From the NCBI RefSeq assembly GCF_963921235.1, contig NC_086097.1:79176001-79240000 (forward strand): 64,000 bases of DNA, read 5' to 3'. Positions 1 to 12,147 of the stretch are shown piece after piece. Every line of letters begins with the position of its first letter. Position 1 is the first letter of the stretch. The stretch comes from Mobula hypostoma (Eukaryota). The translations under genes were made by a program, and so were the position numbers. The notes below the pieces were generated by a model, which was not told the DNA's origin, ran no database searches, and saw nothing but the letters and a program-made list of their open reading frames with translations.

Positions 1-148
1 GAACATTTTGATGTGCTACCCAAGGAATGCTGCTAAACTGGAGCAAGCCTTATTCATCTCCATCAGATCAGGAGGGAAAGAAATTCTTTAAAAAAAGTAG
101 TAAATCAAGATTTGATTATTCCATAGGTTCCCACATTCTTTTCCTTAC

Positions 149-240
149 CGGCAAAGCATTGTTTGTAAGTGTTCCCATATTCTCCATTTGTCATCTCCTT
201 GATCCCACTGTTGCTTTCTTTCATTTCCCTGATTAAGTGA
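149..240 (-). CDS. PLEK2: Pleckstrin-2 coding exon 4 (start of DEP domain); gene continues beyond window start
   Basis: tttacag| ... |gtaag; 92 nt, phase 2 to 1; encodes (S)HLIREMKESNSGIKEMTNGEYGNTYKQCFA(G), resembling the pleckstrin DEP N-terminus; in frame with exon 3. Confidence 0.9.
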
Positions 241-1639
241 CTGTAAATTAAATAAATTGCGTTATTTTTTGCATATTTCCCAATGCAGTTATTTCAGGTA
301 AAGCATTAATTGCCCTTTCCTACATGTTCAGAAGAGCTGACAAGTTTAGCAATACATTGCAGGAGAAGATATGGAGCCTCATACAGGCCAGCACTTTGAG
401 TTGAACAGAAGATCAATGGTCGTTTTACTGACAATAATATTTTAAATAAAGTAACTTCTCAAAGGGCATTAGTGAGAATTGAACTCAGGATCTTAGGGTT
501 ATTCATCTAGCTCTCAGCATTCGAGTTCATTATTTTTCATCTCCAAATTGTTAATCCAGTAGCATCTGCATACCTAACCACCCAGAGGACAGAGTCAAGT
601 TAGACTAACTTGAACTACAACTTTCTTTCTGTTTTTATGGTTAAAACAGTACTGAAATTATATTGATAAAACAGAATCATATCAAAAGAATCCAGTTTCG
701 TTTATTTCCTCCTCATTGCACCAAAAGGGGATTACATTGAATAAATGTGTTATTTAGTAACAGTAATTAAAATACTGGAGTAATTAGAAATCTTGGAGAA
801 GTTAACGGGAATAAGATTAAACAAATCCCATGGATGTGATGGCCTAACATGCAGTTCCAAACAAAGTGGCTGCAGAGTCAGTGGGTGCATGGGTGGTGAA
901 CTTTCAGACTTCCCCTCGTACCTGGAATAGCTGAAGTAGACTGGAAGGTAGCAACTGTAATCCTGCAGTTCAAGAAGTGCAGACAAGAAAGAAAATAGGC
1001 AAAACAGGCAATTTAAAATCATAAAAGGGTTAGCAGAGTCAGTCCACAGTTGTATGAAAAGAATCTGATGCTTGACCAATCTAACATATTTTTGAGGATG
1101 TCAGCAGGTAGATAGATAGGAGGAAGCGATGAATATAGCATTTCTGGATTTTCAAAAGCCCTTCATTAATTAGGGTCTCATTAGATTAGAGGTAATGCAT
1201 TACTATGGATAAAGGATTGGTTAAAGTTGAATTAATACCTTTGAGATCTTGTTTCATTACTCCCTATGCTCACTGCGCAGGGTCTCTCCGCCACCCCCTC
1301 CCCCACTGTCATTGGTTCCAATGTGCACCACAACCTCAGGCTGCTCACCCTCCCCCTTCAGAATGTTCTGTAGCCTTTCTAGTGAGAGATGAATATCTAC
1401 GTGTATTTGTGGTTATCTACATGAATAGTATCACACTTCTCCACATTGCTCACCCTTTTTATGTGCCCATATTCCAATGCAAAACGGTTGTCCCTTCATC
1501 GCAGTTCACTTTCCCACCTAGCTGTGTGCTCTCAGTAAAAGTGGATAAAAATATAGAGTCATTGATATAGACTGTCAGCTGCAGTGCCCCAATGCTGATC
1601 TTTATGACAACTTCAAAGTGATCCCCATACTCTTGATTT

Positions 1640-2655
1640 GGGTTACTTCTGGTGCTTCATGCTTACCTGGACACAAAGAGAAATATACAGCATGTCTGGC
1701 TCAGGAACTGGAGCAGAAGGAAAGGTTTCAGGTTCTTGGATCATTAAAACCATTCTGGAGTGGCAGTGACAAGAGTAATGGGTTGTACCTTAACTAGAGA
1801 GAAACCAGTGTCCTGTCTGGGAAGTTTGCGAATGCTGCTCAGGGGAGTTTAAACTAGTTTGGCATGAGAATGGAACCAAAGCACGAGGTCAGAAAGCAGA
1901 GGGATCAGGAGGAAGATAGATGCCAGGACTAGTAAGAACAGGCATAAGCAATGTCATCAATATCATGAGACAGGCGTGTTGAAGTGTGTATATTTAACGC
2001 TACTGGTACTAAAGGTAAGGGAGATTAACTTAAAGCATGGAATATACCCCAGGACATTGAGTGAAGCAAGGAATGAGATTTCTGGGGCATTAACCTTGAG
2101 GGCTCAAATGTAGAGAGATAGTACACTGTTAATGGGAAGACCCTTAACAGTGTTGATGTGCAAAGGGATTTTAGGGCTCATGTCCTTGGCTGTACAGGTT
2201 GATCGGGTGATAAAGGCAGCATATGTCATGCTTGCTTTTATTAGTTGAGAAAATGTGTTCAAGATTCTTGAAGTTATGTTGCAGATTTATAAAACTCTGG
2301 TTGGGACACTTTTGAAGTATTGTATTCAATTCTGGTCACCCCATTTTCGGAAGGATGTTGAGGCTTTGGCGAAGGTGCAGAAGAGGTTCACCAGGAGGCT
2401 GCTGGGATTGAAGGGCATGTCCATGTTGGACAGACCTGGTTTGATTTCCATGGAGTGGAGGAGTTTCAGAGGAAATCTGACATAAGCATTTAGAGGCATT
2501 TAAGAGACTTGGATAGACATATGAACATGCAGAGAATGAAGGGATATGGACATTGTGGAGCCAGAAGGCTTTTGTTTAGTTGGACATTTAATTACTAATT
2601 TAACCACATTGTGGGCCAATGTTACTGTGCTGTACTGTTTGATGTTCTATGTACA
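1640..2655 (+). mobile_element. Old, internally deleted CR1 LINE (end of ORF1, ORF2 fragments, 3' UTR)
   Basis: ...GKFANAAQGSLN* ORF1 end; KYCIQFWSPHFRKDVEALAKVQKRFTR ORF2 C-terminal motif; ttctatg-like tail. Confidence 0.8.
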
Positions 2656-4150
2656 AGAAGAAACCAATTTTTTTTAAATGGTGTACAACCACAATGTACA
2701 TATATTCAAAGGATTAAGTGCCCATGTGCTTCAAACTCAGGAATGTAACATTCAGGTACAGCAACATATGAGGAAGGCAGACTAATGGGTTTTACTGCAG
2801 AAAGAATCAGAGTACAAGTTTAACAAAGTCTTATAATTGTACTGGGTTTGATAAGACACTACTCGTAGTAACATGTACAGCTTTGGGGATCCATATCCAA
2901 GGGTGGATATGATGTGGTGCAAAAGCTTGCAAGATTAATTCCAGAGACGTGGCAAGACGGAGTCATGTGAAGCTATACTTTCTGCAGTTTTAAAGGGAAG
3001 TAGTTTCATTGGGATGTGAAATTCTGAGCAGACTTGACAGGGAAACTACATCCCCTGTCTGGAGGGTCTAGAATAAGGGGAAGTGGGACCTAACTTTCAA
3101 AACAGTTAAGGAGTTGTGAATCTTTGAAGTTTTCTTCCTGAGATGATAGTGAATACTTAGCTGTTCAGGTCAGAGGTGGACAGATTTTACTTCTCCAAGA
3201 GTATCACAGATATTATGGGGACATGTGAAAGGGTAGTCAAGAATCAACCGTCATCATAATGGCACAAAAGCCAAGAACCTTTCCCACTGCTTTTATTGAC
3301 TAACAAAATTATTGCAAACAGTAGCTTTTGCATTTCTGCTGCCATTGAGGCACATTAAATGGAACTCTACTAGCTGTTAAAATGCAAAAAAGAGATGGTA
3401 ACACTACTATTATAAAACAGACCTTGCAGAATTCACTGCATCTTTATACTTATACTTATACTTTATTGTCGCCAAACAATTGATACTAGAACGTACAATC
3501 ATCATAGTGATATTTGATTCTGCTCTTCGCGCTCCCTGGAGTACAAATCGAAAACAATTAAACCACTTCTATATTTTCACCATCACAAACATTGTTTTGA
3601 CTTACCTTATGGTGAAATTATAATTATGGTTAAGAGCAATGCAATTTGTAATTATCCCTGCCTTAGTGTCTGGACTATAATCCATTAGTAATCTGAGGCA
3701 GGGCAATATTAGATCTGCAGAGCAGTAATTGATCTGAAATACACCAAAGATGGTGGAAGTAGATTCAATAGCACCTTTCAATATAATATTGGACAAAGGA
3801 TTAATCTGCAGGGCTGTGGAGATGGAGCAGGGGAATGGTTTAATTAAATTGCATGAGCAACTAGTACACAAAGACACAATGGGCTGAACGAACTTTTGTT
3901 TTGCTGAAGGCTCAACGGTGCAGGTTTCCTTTTTATAAAAAGTCCACCTTGTTTATGCACACCTTATCCATTGTACTCCGTTTAGTTAACTACGTAGTTG
4001 ACATTCACAGTACACCTTACACATAAAGAATGGCACTGAGCTTCCAGAATGAGTTGGCCACATCAGGACAGGAAGCAGAAAATTCTTGGAAGTGGGAGGG
4101 TAGAAACGGGACCTACTTGATGGTCTAGGAAAAAGCATAATGACACTTAC

Positions 4151-4332
4151 CTCAGGCAGATATTTGTTGATTCTTCAAAGGATGCATCTAAAGAACTCGG
4201 TTGGTTTTGATGTTCCGGGTTTGAGGCCTTGATCATGGTATTAATGTCTTCAGCCCATGAATCTCGTTGCTCACGACAGGAAGCTTCAAGGAAATGCTCT
4301 ACAGAATTCTTTGCCTTCAATTTTATCACCAG
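4151..4332 (-). CDS. PLEK2: Pleckstrin-2 coding exon 3 (C-terminal part of PH1 domain)
   Basis: ttgacag| LVIKLKAKNSVEHFLEASCREQRDSWAEDINTMI... |gtaagt; 182 nt. Confidence 0.93.
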
Positions 4333-4687
4333 CTGTCAAAAAGGTAAACAGATAATCAGATCTTTGTTTTCATGTTCTTGTATGTTGGCAAAAATTGTCC
4401 AGATTCTATTAAATGACTACAAACTGCATTCTCAAGATGTTAAATAACTGATTTTGCTCAAAAAACAAATAACTACATTAACTGTGACATGTGGAAGAGA
4501 GTCACATTGATCAATCAGTCACCAGATTCAATGACCAGGGATATTATTCTAATTAAGAAGATACACAAATGTGGGCAGTATCAGAAAGAAATTGTGTAAC
4601 CAGAATCTTAAATTGCATTGTAATATTAGAGAGGTGGAAGAAAGAAATTCATAAGCAAAACGAAGAAATAAGTTTCAACATTCTTAC

Positions 4688-4852
4688 CGGTCTGTTTTCA
4701 TAATCCAGGCAGGGACAATAGACTGTACATCCTACCAAAGAAATAATGCCCCTGGGACGAGACTCCTTCTTTCCTCCTTCAATTTTATAGTAGAGAAGTT
4801 GATCTTTTGACAATACAAACCAGCGTGCTTTCCAGTTGTGCACAATATGACC
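4688..4852 (-). CDS. PLEK2: Pleckstrin-2 coding exon 2 (PH1 domain)
   Basis: ttccag| GHIVHNWKARWFVLSKDQLLYYKIEGGKKESRPRGIISLVGCTVYCPCLDYENRP |gtaag; 165 nt; GH.VHNWKARWF and CP.LEYENRP motifs are typical of PLEK2. Confidence 0.95.
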
Positions 4853-5499
4853 CTGGAATTAAAGCAATCCAAAAGGAAATCCTAATCAGTACAAACACCC
4901 TTAATTGCCATAGTAAGAATTTTTATTAAAACCGATTAACTTTGACAGACAAAAGCATAGCCTTCCATACTTGGTATTATCAACAATTAGTTTACAAAAT
5001 TTGTTTACAAAATTTATCAACAAATTCTCGACTATTTACACCTGCTGTAGAGTGACAGTTCTAGAAAATCCTAATAGGAACAACCTGCCACACTTCATAA
5101 TTCACTACGCCCTCCTCGTTCAAAGTCCAAAGCCGACAATGATTCTCCCTTCTCAGATGCTGCCTGGCCAGCCGAGTTCCTACCGCACGTTTTTTTTGTA
5201 CTCCAACCGTCTCTTTCTTGTGCCAATTATAGTTATTAGACGATCTAATTGACAATATACGCAAGTAGCGTCATATTCATAAATAATTCTGAACAGTATT
5301 GACTGCCCGTTACGGAATGTCGTTGGGAAGAGCCACTAAATAGAAAACAATAATGAATAACCTGCAAGGTAAAAGGGAAGCGATGTACTTCGATGTTCCT
5401 CTTGTTTAACTGTGGTGTAATAAAAGGTCGACATTTCTAAACAATTGGTGAATGAACGAATCGATTTTTCATCCTCTAGACCTTTGAGTCACCCTGACC

Positions 5500-5900
5500 A
5501 GCCTCAATCGCCCCCAGTTCCTCCACTCGGTCGAGGTCGAGGCGACCTCAGCCACCCCGCCCGCGCCAGCGAGCTAGCGTTGTGAGTGAAAACCCGACAC
5601 ATTCGTGCCTGCTCCGTCCCCAGTGAGTCAGTTTGGGAATATACGTGTGTTGGTGGGTCTAAAATCGGGTCCGGGCTACGCGGTGGAATATCCCCAGCTG
5701 ACTGCCCTTTCCCGACCGCACATGAAGAAAGTACCTAAAACAGGACTCCCGGGGACGCTGGAGACCGCGGCCGGACAAACGGGATGTGGTGGTTATAGAA
5801 CGGCCATGCAAAGGCAAAAAATAATTATGTTCTTCTCCCGCTCCGACAGAATAAGACCCTCTACTACCATGGGTCGCGTCAGGCGGTTAGGTAAACTGCT
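5500..5900. promoter_or_regulatory. CpG-rich segment in PLEK2 intron 1 (CpG-island-like)
   Basis: Visibly dense CG dinucleotides and a GC-box-like ccccgccc in otherwise CpG-poor DNA; no repeat recognised. Confidence 0.5.
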
Positions 5901-6404
5901 GAAAGTCTGTTCCTTGATAAAAGAGGCTTAAGATTTTTTTTTGCGAATGAATTATCAACACTTCACTTTGGCTCCAACTTGTGATTCTTTTATTCGAGTC
6001 TGTTTAGAAAACAGAATATCATGCGGCAACTTCGTTATCACATCACGGTACAGAAATTCCTAAATTCAGATAGTACGGGAGAATAATTCCCGAAGGGAGG
6101 GGGGCTCTGGGTGAATGGTATTCCATTTCCTCATGTTTAGAATTTGTTACCAGGATGCTCCCAAGAAGCAAGGTGGAGGCAAAATAAAACTGGAGATACC
6201 ACGGTAATGGGGGGAGGTGAAGAGAAAAACATATGCAGATTTTATGTTGTTGACGATTTTCTTAAAATCTAGCCCGTCGTTTTATTTACTCATTAGAAAT
6301 AGTTATTTTTCAATTAATTTACTTCGAGCAATTCACTATAAGTGGTTAACACCAAACTGATTTCTCTGGATGAAACTTTTTTTTAAAAAAGTAAGTTTCC
6401 TTAC

Positions 6405-6452
6405 CCGTTTGACCAGGAATCCTTCTCTTATTACACTTGTTTCTCCCTGCAT
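6405..6452 (-). CDS. PLEK2: Pleckstrin-2 coding exon 1
   Basis: ATG at 6452; MQGETSVIREGFLVKR |gtaag; joins in frame to GHIVHNW. Confidence 0.92.
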
Positions 6453-7124
6453 GTTGCCCGACAAATGTCTGGACTCACTCTGTGATCAGCATTGGATTGT
6501 TAAAGACTAAATAGACCAGGAAACATCACGTCAAGTCATGACGACAGGGCGCCTCCTCCACACCTTGGGTGCAGCCAGCGTGACTAATTCTGAGTAATCC
6601 TTGCCTGCAAAGTTTTAAAAGCGTTGACCGGCAGGTGCTGTAAATGGAAATCCTGCTGCAGCTGCAGAACAAAAGAATAAAGAGGGCTCCGCAGCCCCCA
6701 GCCTATTTCCCACGGCCAGCAAGACTGAGGAAAGTTAGTTTGCTGTGTTAAAAGGTCAGAGGGTTGCTTTCAACGATGTGACATACGTCCTGAAATTCCT
6801 CTACACCAGGAAAAAGCTCCATAAAGTGGTGTTGAGTGGATGCTCGTACAAGTTTTGGAGAAATCCCACGTGAACTCTAATATTGCTAAGCTTTAAGATG
6901 GAGTCAGTAAGCCTTGAGATACTGTGGAGCTAGAGAGTGTGAGAGGGAGAGAGGTGGCATTTTAAGAGCTGTAGGTACCAGACTCAATGGCAAATGGTTG
7001 GTCAAATGTGAATGAGAGTTGGACGATCAGGGACTGGCTGGGAGTCCTGGATGTGTGCACAACTAGACCTACCTCAGAAAATAAACTAGGACAGTGGTGG
7101 GGGGAGGGGTGTGATGTGAGAAAT

Positions 7125-7600
7125 ATACGGGCACAATTGAGAGCATCCTGACTGGCTGCATCACTGCCTGGTATGGGAACTGAACTTCCTTCAATCGCAG
7201 GACTCTGCAGTGAGTGGTGCGGACAGCCCAGTGCATTTGTAGTTGTGAACTTCCCACTATTCAGGGCATTTACAAAGACAGGTGTGTAAAAAGGGTCCGA
7301 AGGATCATTAGGGACCCGAGTCACCCCAACCACAAACTGTTCCAGCTGCTACCATCCAGGGAAACCATATCACAGCATAAAAGCCAGGACCAACAGGCTC
7401 CGGGACAGCTTCTTCCACCAGACCATCAGACTGCTTAATTCATGCTGACACAACTGTATTTCTGTGTTATATTGACTAACCTGTTGTACATACTATTTAT
7501 TGTAAATTACTATGATTGCACATTTAGACTGAGGAGTAACGTAAAGATTTTTACTCCTCATGTTTATGAAGTATGTGAGTAATAAAGTCAATTCAATTTA
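7125..7600 (+). mobile_element. 3' end of Rex1/Babar- or L2-type LINE
   Basis: IESILTGCITAWYGN...IIRDPSHPNHKLFQLLPS C-terminal motifs; aataaa-gtcaattcaatt tail. Confidence 0.7.
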
Positions 7601-8407
7601 CAGTAAGTATTTGCAGGGTAGGGGATTTGCAACACCAGTCTGAAAATCTCGCACTGTAAGCTTTGTTAGCACAACTGGATATTAGACAAGGGACATCAGC
7701 CTGTGTGTTGGATGCTGTTTGATGCCACTACACGCCAGAAGAACCATGTGAATAAGTGTGCCATGTGCCTGGAGAATGCAGATATGGAGTACAAGCATTC
7801 ACAAGAAATCTCGTCCACACAGCACACAGCTATGTTCCTGTGCTGCTTCTACAAGCAGGTCTTTCATTGTGCTCTGCATACAAAATATGATATCTGCATA
7901 CAGTATATGATAATAAACCCAACTTTGACTTTGAATGTTGAACGACAAGAGAGAATTTCTAAGCTAAAATCTTCATGAATAAGATGTTGTGGAATTTATT
8001 TTATTTGGACAATGATCAGACAATTTGTACCCCATTTTTCATCCTGCAAACAGAATTCTGATGAAATACAGAACATGGATGTGTATGGGGTGTCCGGGGA
8101 GGAGTAGCCCCTCTGGAGAATAGGCTTGTTGGGTCCTTTCTGTGGCAGCTCACTCATCTTTAGTTCCCACCAGACACTCAGCTCTCTCCTGTGGCTCCAA
8201 GTAGCTGTTTGCATGTGACAGCAGCCACACCCCTTCAACAGGCAGGCTAACCCAGGTGAGAGTAACCAGCGACCTCGTATCCCAGTGAATTTGGGACATG
8301 CCTGTCGTAGCATGTGAAGTCAGCCTGGCAGACTAGGCAGAGGAGATCTACAGTGAGACCCAACAGCAAGGAAGGCAGCTCTGTAAAATTCAAGTCAAGT
8401 CAAGTCA

Positions 8408-8666
8408 AACATGAGGAATTCTGCAGATGCTGGAAATTCAATCAACACACATCAAAGTTGCTGGTGAACGCAGCAGGCCAGGCAGCATCTCTAGGAAGAG
8501 GTACCGTCGACGTTTCAGGCCGAGACCGAGATAGTAAGGATCTCTTACTAGCTCTTCTTTCAGTTAGTCCTGATGAAGGGTCTTAGCCCGAAACGTTGAC
8601 TGTACCTCTTCCTAGAGATGCTGCCTGGCCTGCTGCGTTCACCAGCAACTTTGATGTGTGTTGCTC
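8408..8666. repeat. Penelope-derived inverted-repeat element inserted in a (CAAGT)n LINE tail
   Basis: Arms ~8433-8527 and ~8579-8664 are reverse complements; caagtcaagtcaagtca on both sides. Confidence 0.75.
8566..8601 (+). ncRNA. Minimal type I hammerhead ribozyme motif
   Basis: AGUC-CUGAUGA-A-GGG(UCUUAG)CCC-GAAA-CGUU-GACU: helix I AGUC/GACU, conserved core boxes, helix II, palindromic ACGU in place of helix III; this copy has a GUU triplet. Confidence 0.6.
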
Positions 8667-11469
8667 AAGTCAAGTCAAGTCACTTTTTATTGTCATTTCG
8701 ACCATAACTGCTGGTACAGTACAGAGTAAAAACAAGACAACATTTTTCAGGACCATGGTGCTACATGAAACAACACAAAAACTACCCTGAACTACATAAA
8801 ACAACACAAAACTACACTAGACTACAGACCTACCCAGGACTGCATAAAGTACACAGAACAGTGCAGGCATTACAATAAATAATAAACAAGACAATAGACA
8901 GTGGAGGGCAGTAGGTTGGTAGTCCGATGGCTTGGGGGAAAAACTGTTACATAAATAAACAGCTGAATGGCGGCGTCCGGGATCATGTCCGTTTCCGTAC
9001 TCCCCCCGAGTATTTTGTTAGAGCATTCCATGGAGAGTGAAAGGCCTGACAAGGCACAGAAGAAGTCAAGGTCATCCAGTGCAACCAAGGAAGACCTCAG
9101 TTATAACGCATGTTTCTACCACTGGACCCAGAATTCCAAGGTCGAGAGAGTGGAACTGCTCCAGTGTAACGGCCTTCTCACTGTAAAGACTCTCCGACAC
9201 AGGTTTCCTGTCGTCACCAGATACAACAGACAACCACCACCATAGAATATAGAACAGTACAGCACATGATCAGGCCCTTTCCACTTGTTCTCTTTTGTTA
9301 ACTTTCACTTCTTCCTAAGATGCTGTTGAGTGTTTCCATCATTTTTGCTTTTAAGATGTTCAGAGTTTGCAGAATTAAACAGATGAGTTGGGTCTGTGAC
9401 TGGACATTAGAAAGGAGCAAACCAAGTGTGAGTGGATAGTGCAATGTGAGATGCGAGTAGACTCAGTTACTATATTAGATAGATATACAAATGCAGTTGG
9501 GATCAAGAGAGGCGAGCGCCACATAAACCATTCCCAAAATGACTGATAGCACCCATTATGACGGTGACCATGGAATACTTATCCATCCTTTAACAAGGCA
9601 GTCTGCACTGTCCTCCAATGCTGCCCTACTATCGTGCATATGGTTTGGACTGCCATTGTCCAGTTATATCCACTTATCTATCCAAATGTAGCTGACAAAT
9701 TGTAATATCTTTTCTTATAACTTGCATCATCTTGCAGGCAGCCACAGAACAAAGAAGCACAGTAGAAGCCACTAAAGAAACCCAATAGGTGGGGAAAAAA
9801 AAGAACAAATCATGAAAATAATTAAAAATTAAACAAATAACACAGAGAACATTAATATCACATCTGATCATGCAGTACTTCCTCAGTAGAACATTGAGCT
9901 GTCAACCTAGATTACCTGCTGACGCCCTGCTGTCAGACTCAGGACACAACTATTTTAAAGTTTCCCTCGTGTGTAGATGAGTGGGATAGAAACTGGTAGT
10001 AGTTGATGAGAATGTTGGATTGCTATAATATTACTGTAAAATCCTATAGATTTTACCGTACTGACTCGGTAGACCAGAGGGCTTGTTCCTGTGCCTTATC
10101 ATTTTGACTTTATTATTGAAATTGGACCTTACAGTGTCAGTTACATCCCAGGTTCATTTGTTCACTGTTGCTTTTTAATCATGTTCCCCACCCGAGATTA
10201 CGTCAAAATCAGAGACCTGCTGCTGAAACTGAAAATTTGCAAGATAGATGGGGGTGAATGTAGCTTAAATCTCTTACTAGCAGAGCTGTACTGTTAATAT
10301 TATTGATTTAACACATTTGTCTTGTTTGCAGAGCCACTCAGACACTGGTACATCATACCAGCCTATACCAGATTACTTTCTCCTTTGATGAAGGACAAGC
10401 TGGGTATTTAGTAAGCACACAAGGCCTTAGAACGAAAATACAGGTGTTCATCTTTCATGCATAACCTGGTGCACTTTGAAACATTTGGGAATGGACTTGG
10501 GAATATATAGCAAGTAACTAAATGGAGAATGAGAACAAAGCAGTATCTATGCCAATATGAGGATGAGTTTTGGTCAATTTGGAGTCGACATCAATGAGTC
10601 CCCTATGCTTGTCACTCAGCTGACTGTTCTGAAGTGGGTCTCTGATCCAGGAAGCTGTGCAGTACAAGGCTTCCTGCCAAAGGCAGCAAGTCCCACTCCC
10701 AATGCTTTGAAAACTAAGATATAGGCTTCCTGGCTACAACAATTGCCAATAGACTTCCAATGTCTGTGGTATTTTCAAGCATACAAAACAATGCAAACAT
10801 GGTTAAAAAATTAATCATACTATTAAAACAACTCTAAAAATAAATAACACCAGAAAACATTTAAAGGTAATTAGATATATTTAAATTGCACAGTAATTGA
10901 ACATGCAATGATCTAAAACCTGCCATCTGCCTCAGAGCAATTCCTCTCCATTCAAAGAATAGAATTGCTAAATCAGTATTAAGTCTGAACTGACTTTGTT
11001 TCAACTAATTGAGCCATGCTTGTTGCAGTTGCAACAGTTCGACTTCCCAGTATAATTGCAGGAAGTTGGTGCTCTGCTTCTGGACTCTACAAGGAGACCG
11101 GGGTCAGAAGCCAGTTGTAGTAGATAAGAGGCCCTCATAAGAAGTTTGGAATTACCTTATTTGTGTCTGAGGCCTTCAGGAATATTTAATATTTCTAATC
11201 TCTGGCAATCTTAGGATCAAAAGCAACAAATTTCACGCCACACAATTATGTCAGTGATTTTAAATCCAATTCTGATTCTCCTCACAAAGGATGTTATAAA
11301 TGCCCCTTTAACAGTGACACACCATCGTTCCATATGAAGCCATGACTTCACATGGATAGACGGGCTGATTAGTGCTAGCTGGTTCGGCAGAATGTTGTGG
11401 GCCGGGGGGGTCCTGTTCCTGTGCTGTACTGGTCTATGTTCTATAATTGGAAGGAAAGCCTCTATTTCC

Positions 11470-12137
11470 AGGAAGAGAACATGAAGCAGGGAACAGTGCA
11501 GTACGGGGGCGAGTCCTTCGGCCACGGCGTTGTACGGAACCAACTAAATTAGTGATCTAATGGCCAACTAAACTAATCCCCTCTGCCTACACTGTGTCTA
11601 TATTCCTCACATTCATGTGGCTATCAAAACATCTCATAAAAATCCCTCATGCATTTGCCTTTACCACCACCCCAGGCAGCACATTCCAGAAGCCACCACT
11701 CTCTGTTTAAAAAAAAACTTGTCCCTTATACCTCCTTTGAAATTGTGCCCGCTCACCTTAAACACCCTCAGGTATTAGACATTTCAACCCTGGTAAAAAA
11801 AAGATACTGTCTGTCCATTCTATCTATGCCTCTCATCACCTTATAAATCTCTATCAGATCTCCCCTCAGCATCCACTGCTCAAGAAAACAACCGAAGTTT
11901 GCCCAACCTCTCGTTAAAGCACATGCCCTCTAAACCAGGCAGCATCCTGGTAAACCTCTTCTGCAAAGCCTCAACATCCTTCCGATAATTGGGCGAACAG
12001 AACCGTATGTAATACTCCAGATGCGGCCTAATTAGCATTTTATAAAGCTGCAACATAACTTTCTGACTTTTCAACTCAATGCCTTGACTAATAAAGTCGA
12101 GCATTCTATTTGCCTTCTTAATCACCGTATCAACCTG
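11470..12137 (-). mobile_element. CR1 LINE 3' fragment
   Basis: KKANRMLDFISQGIELKSQKVMLQLYKMLIRPHLEYY...RKDVEALQKRFTRMLPGL. Confidence 0.85.
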
Positions 12138-12147
12138 AGGAAACAGG

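Noticed and set aside
5605..5931. 108-aa plus-strand ORF in the CpG-rich segment
   Set aside because: GTG start, no recognisable motif, and a length expected by chance in GC-rich DNA.
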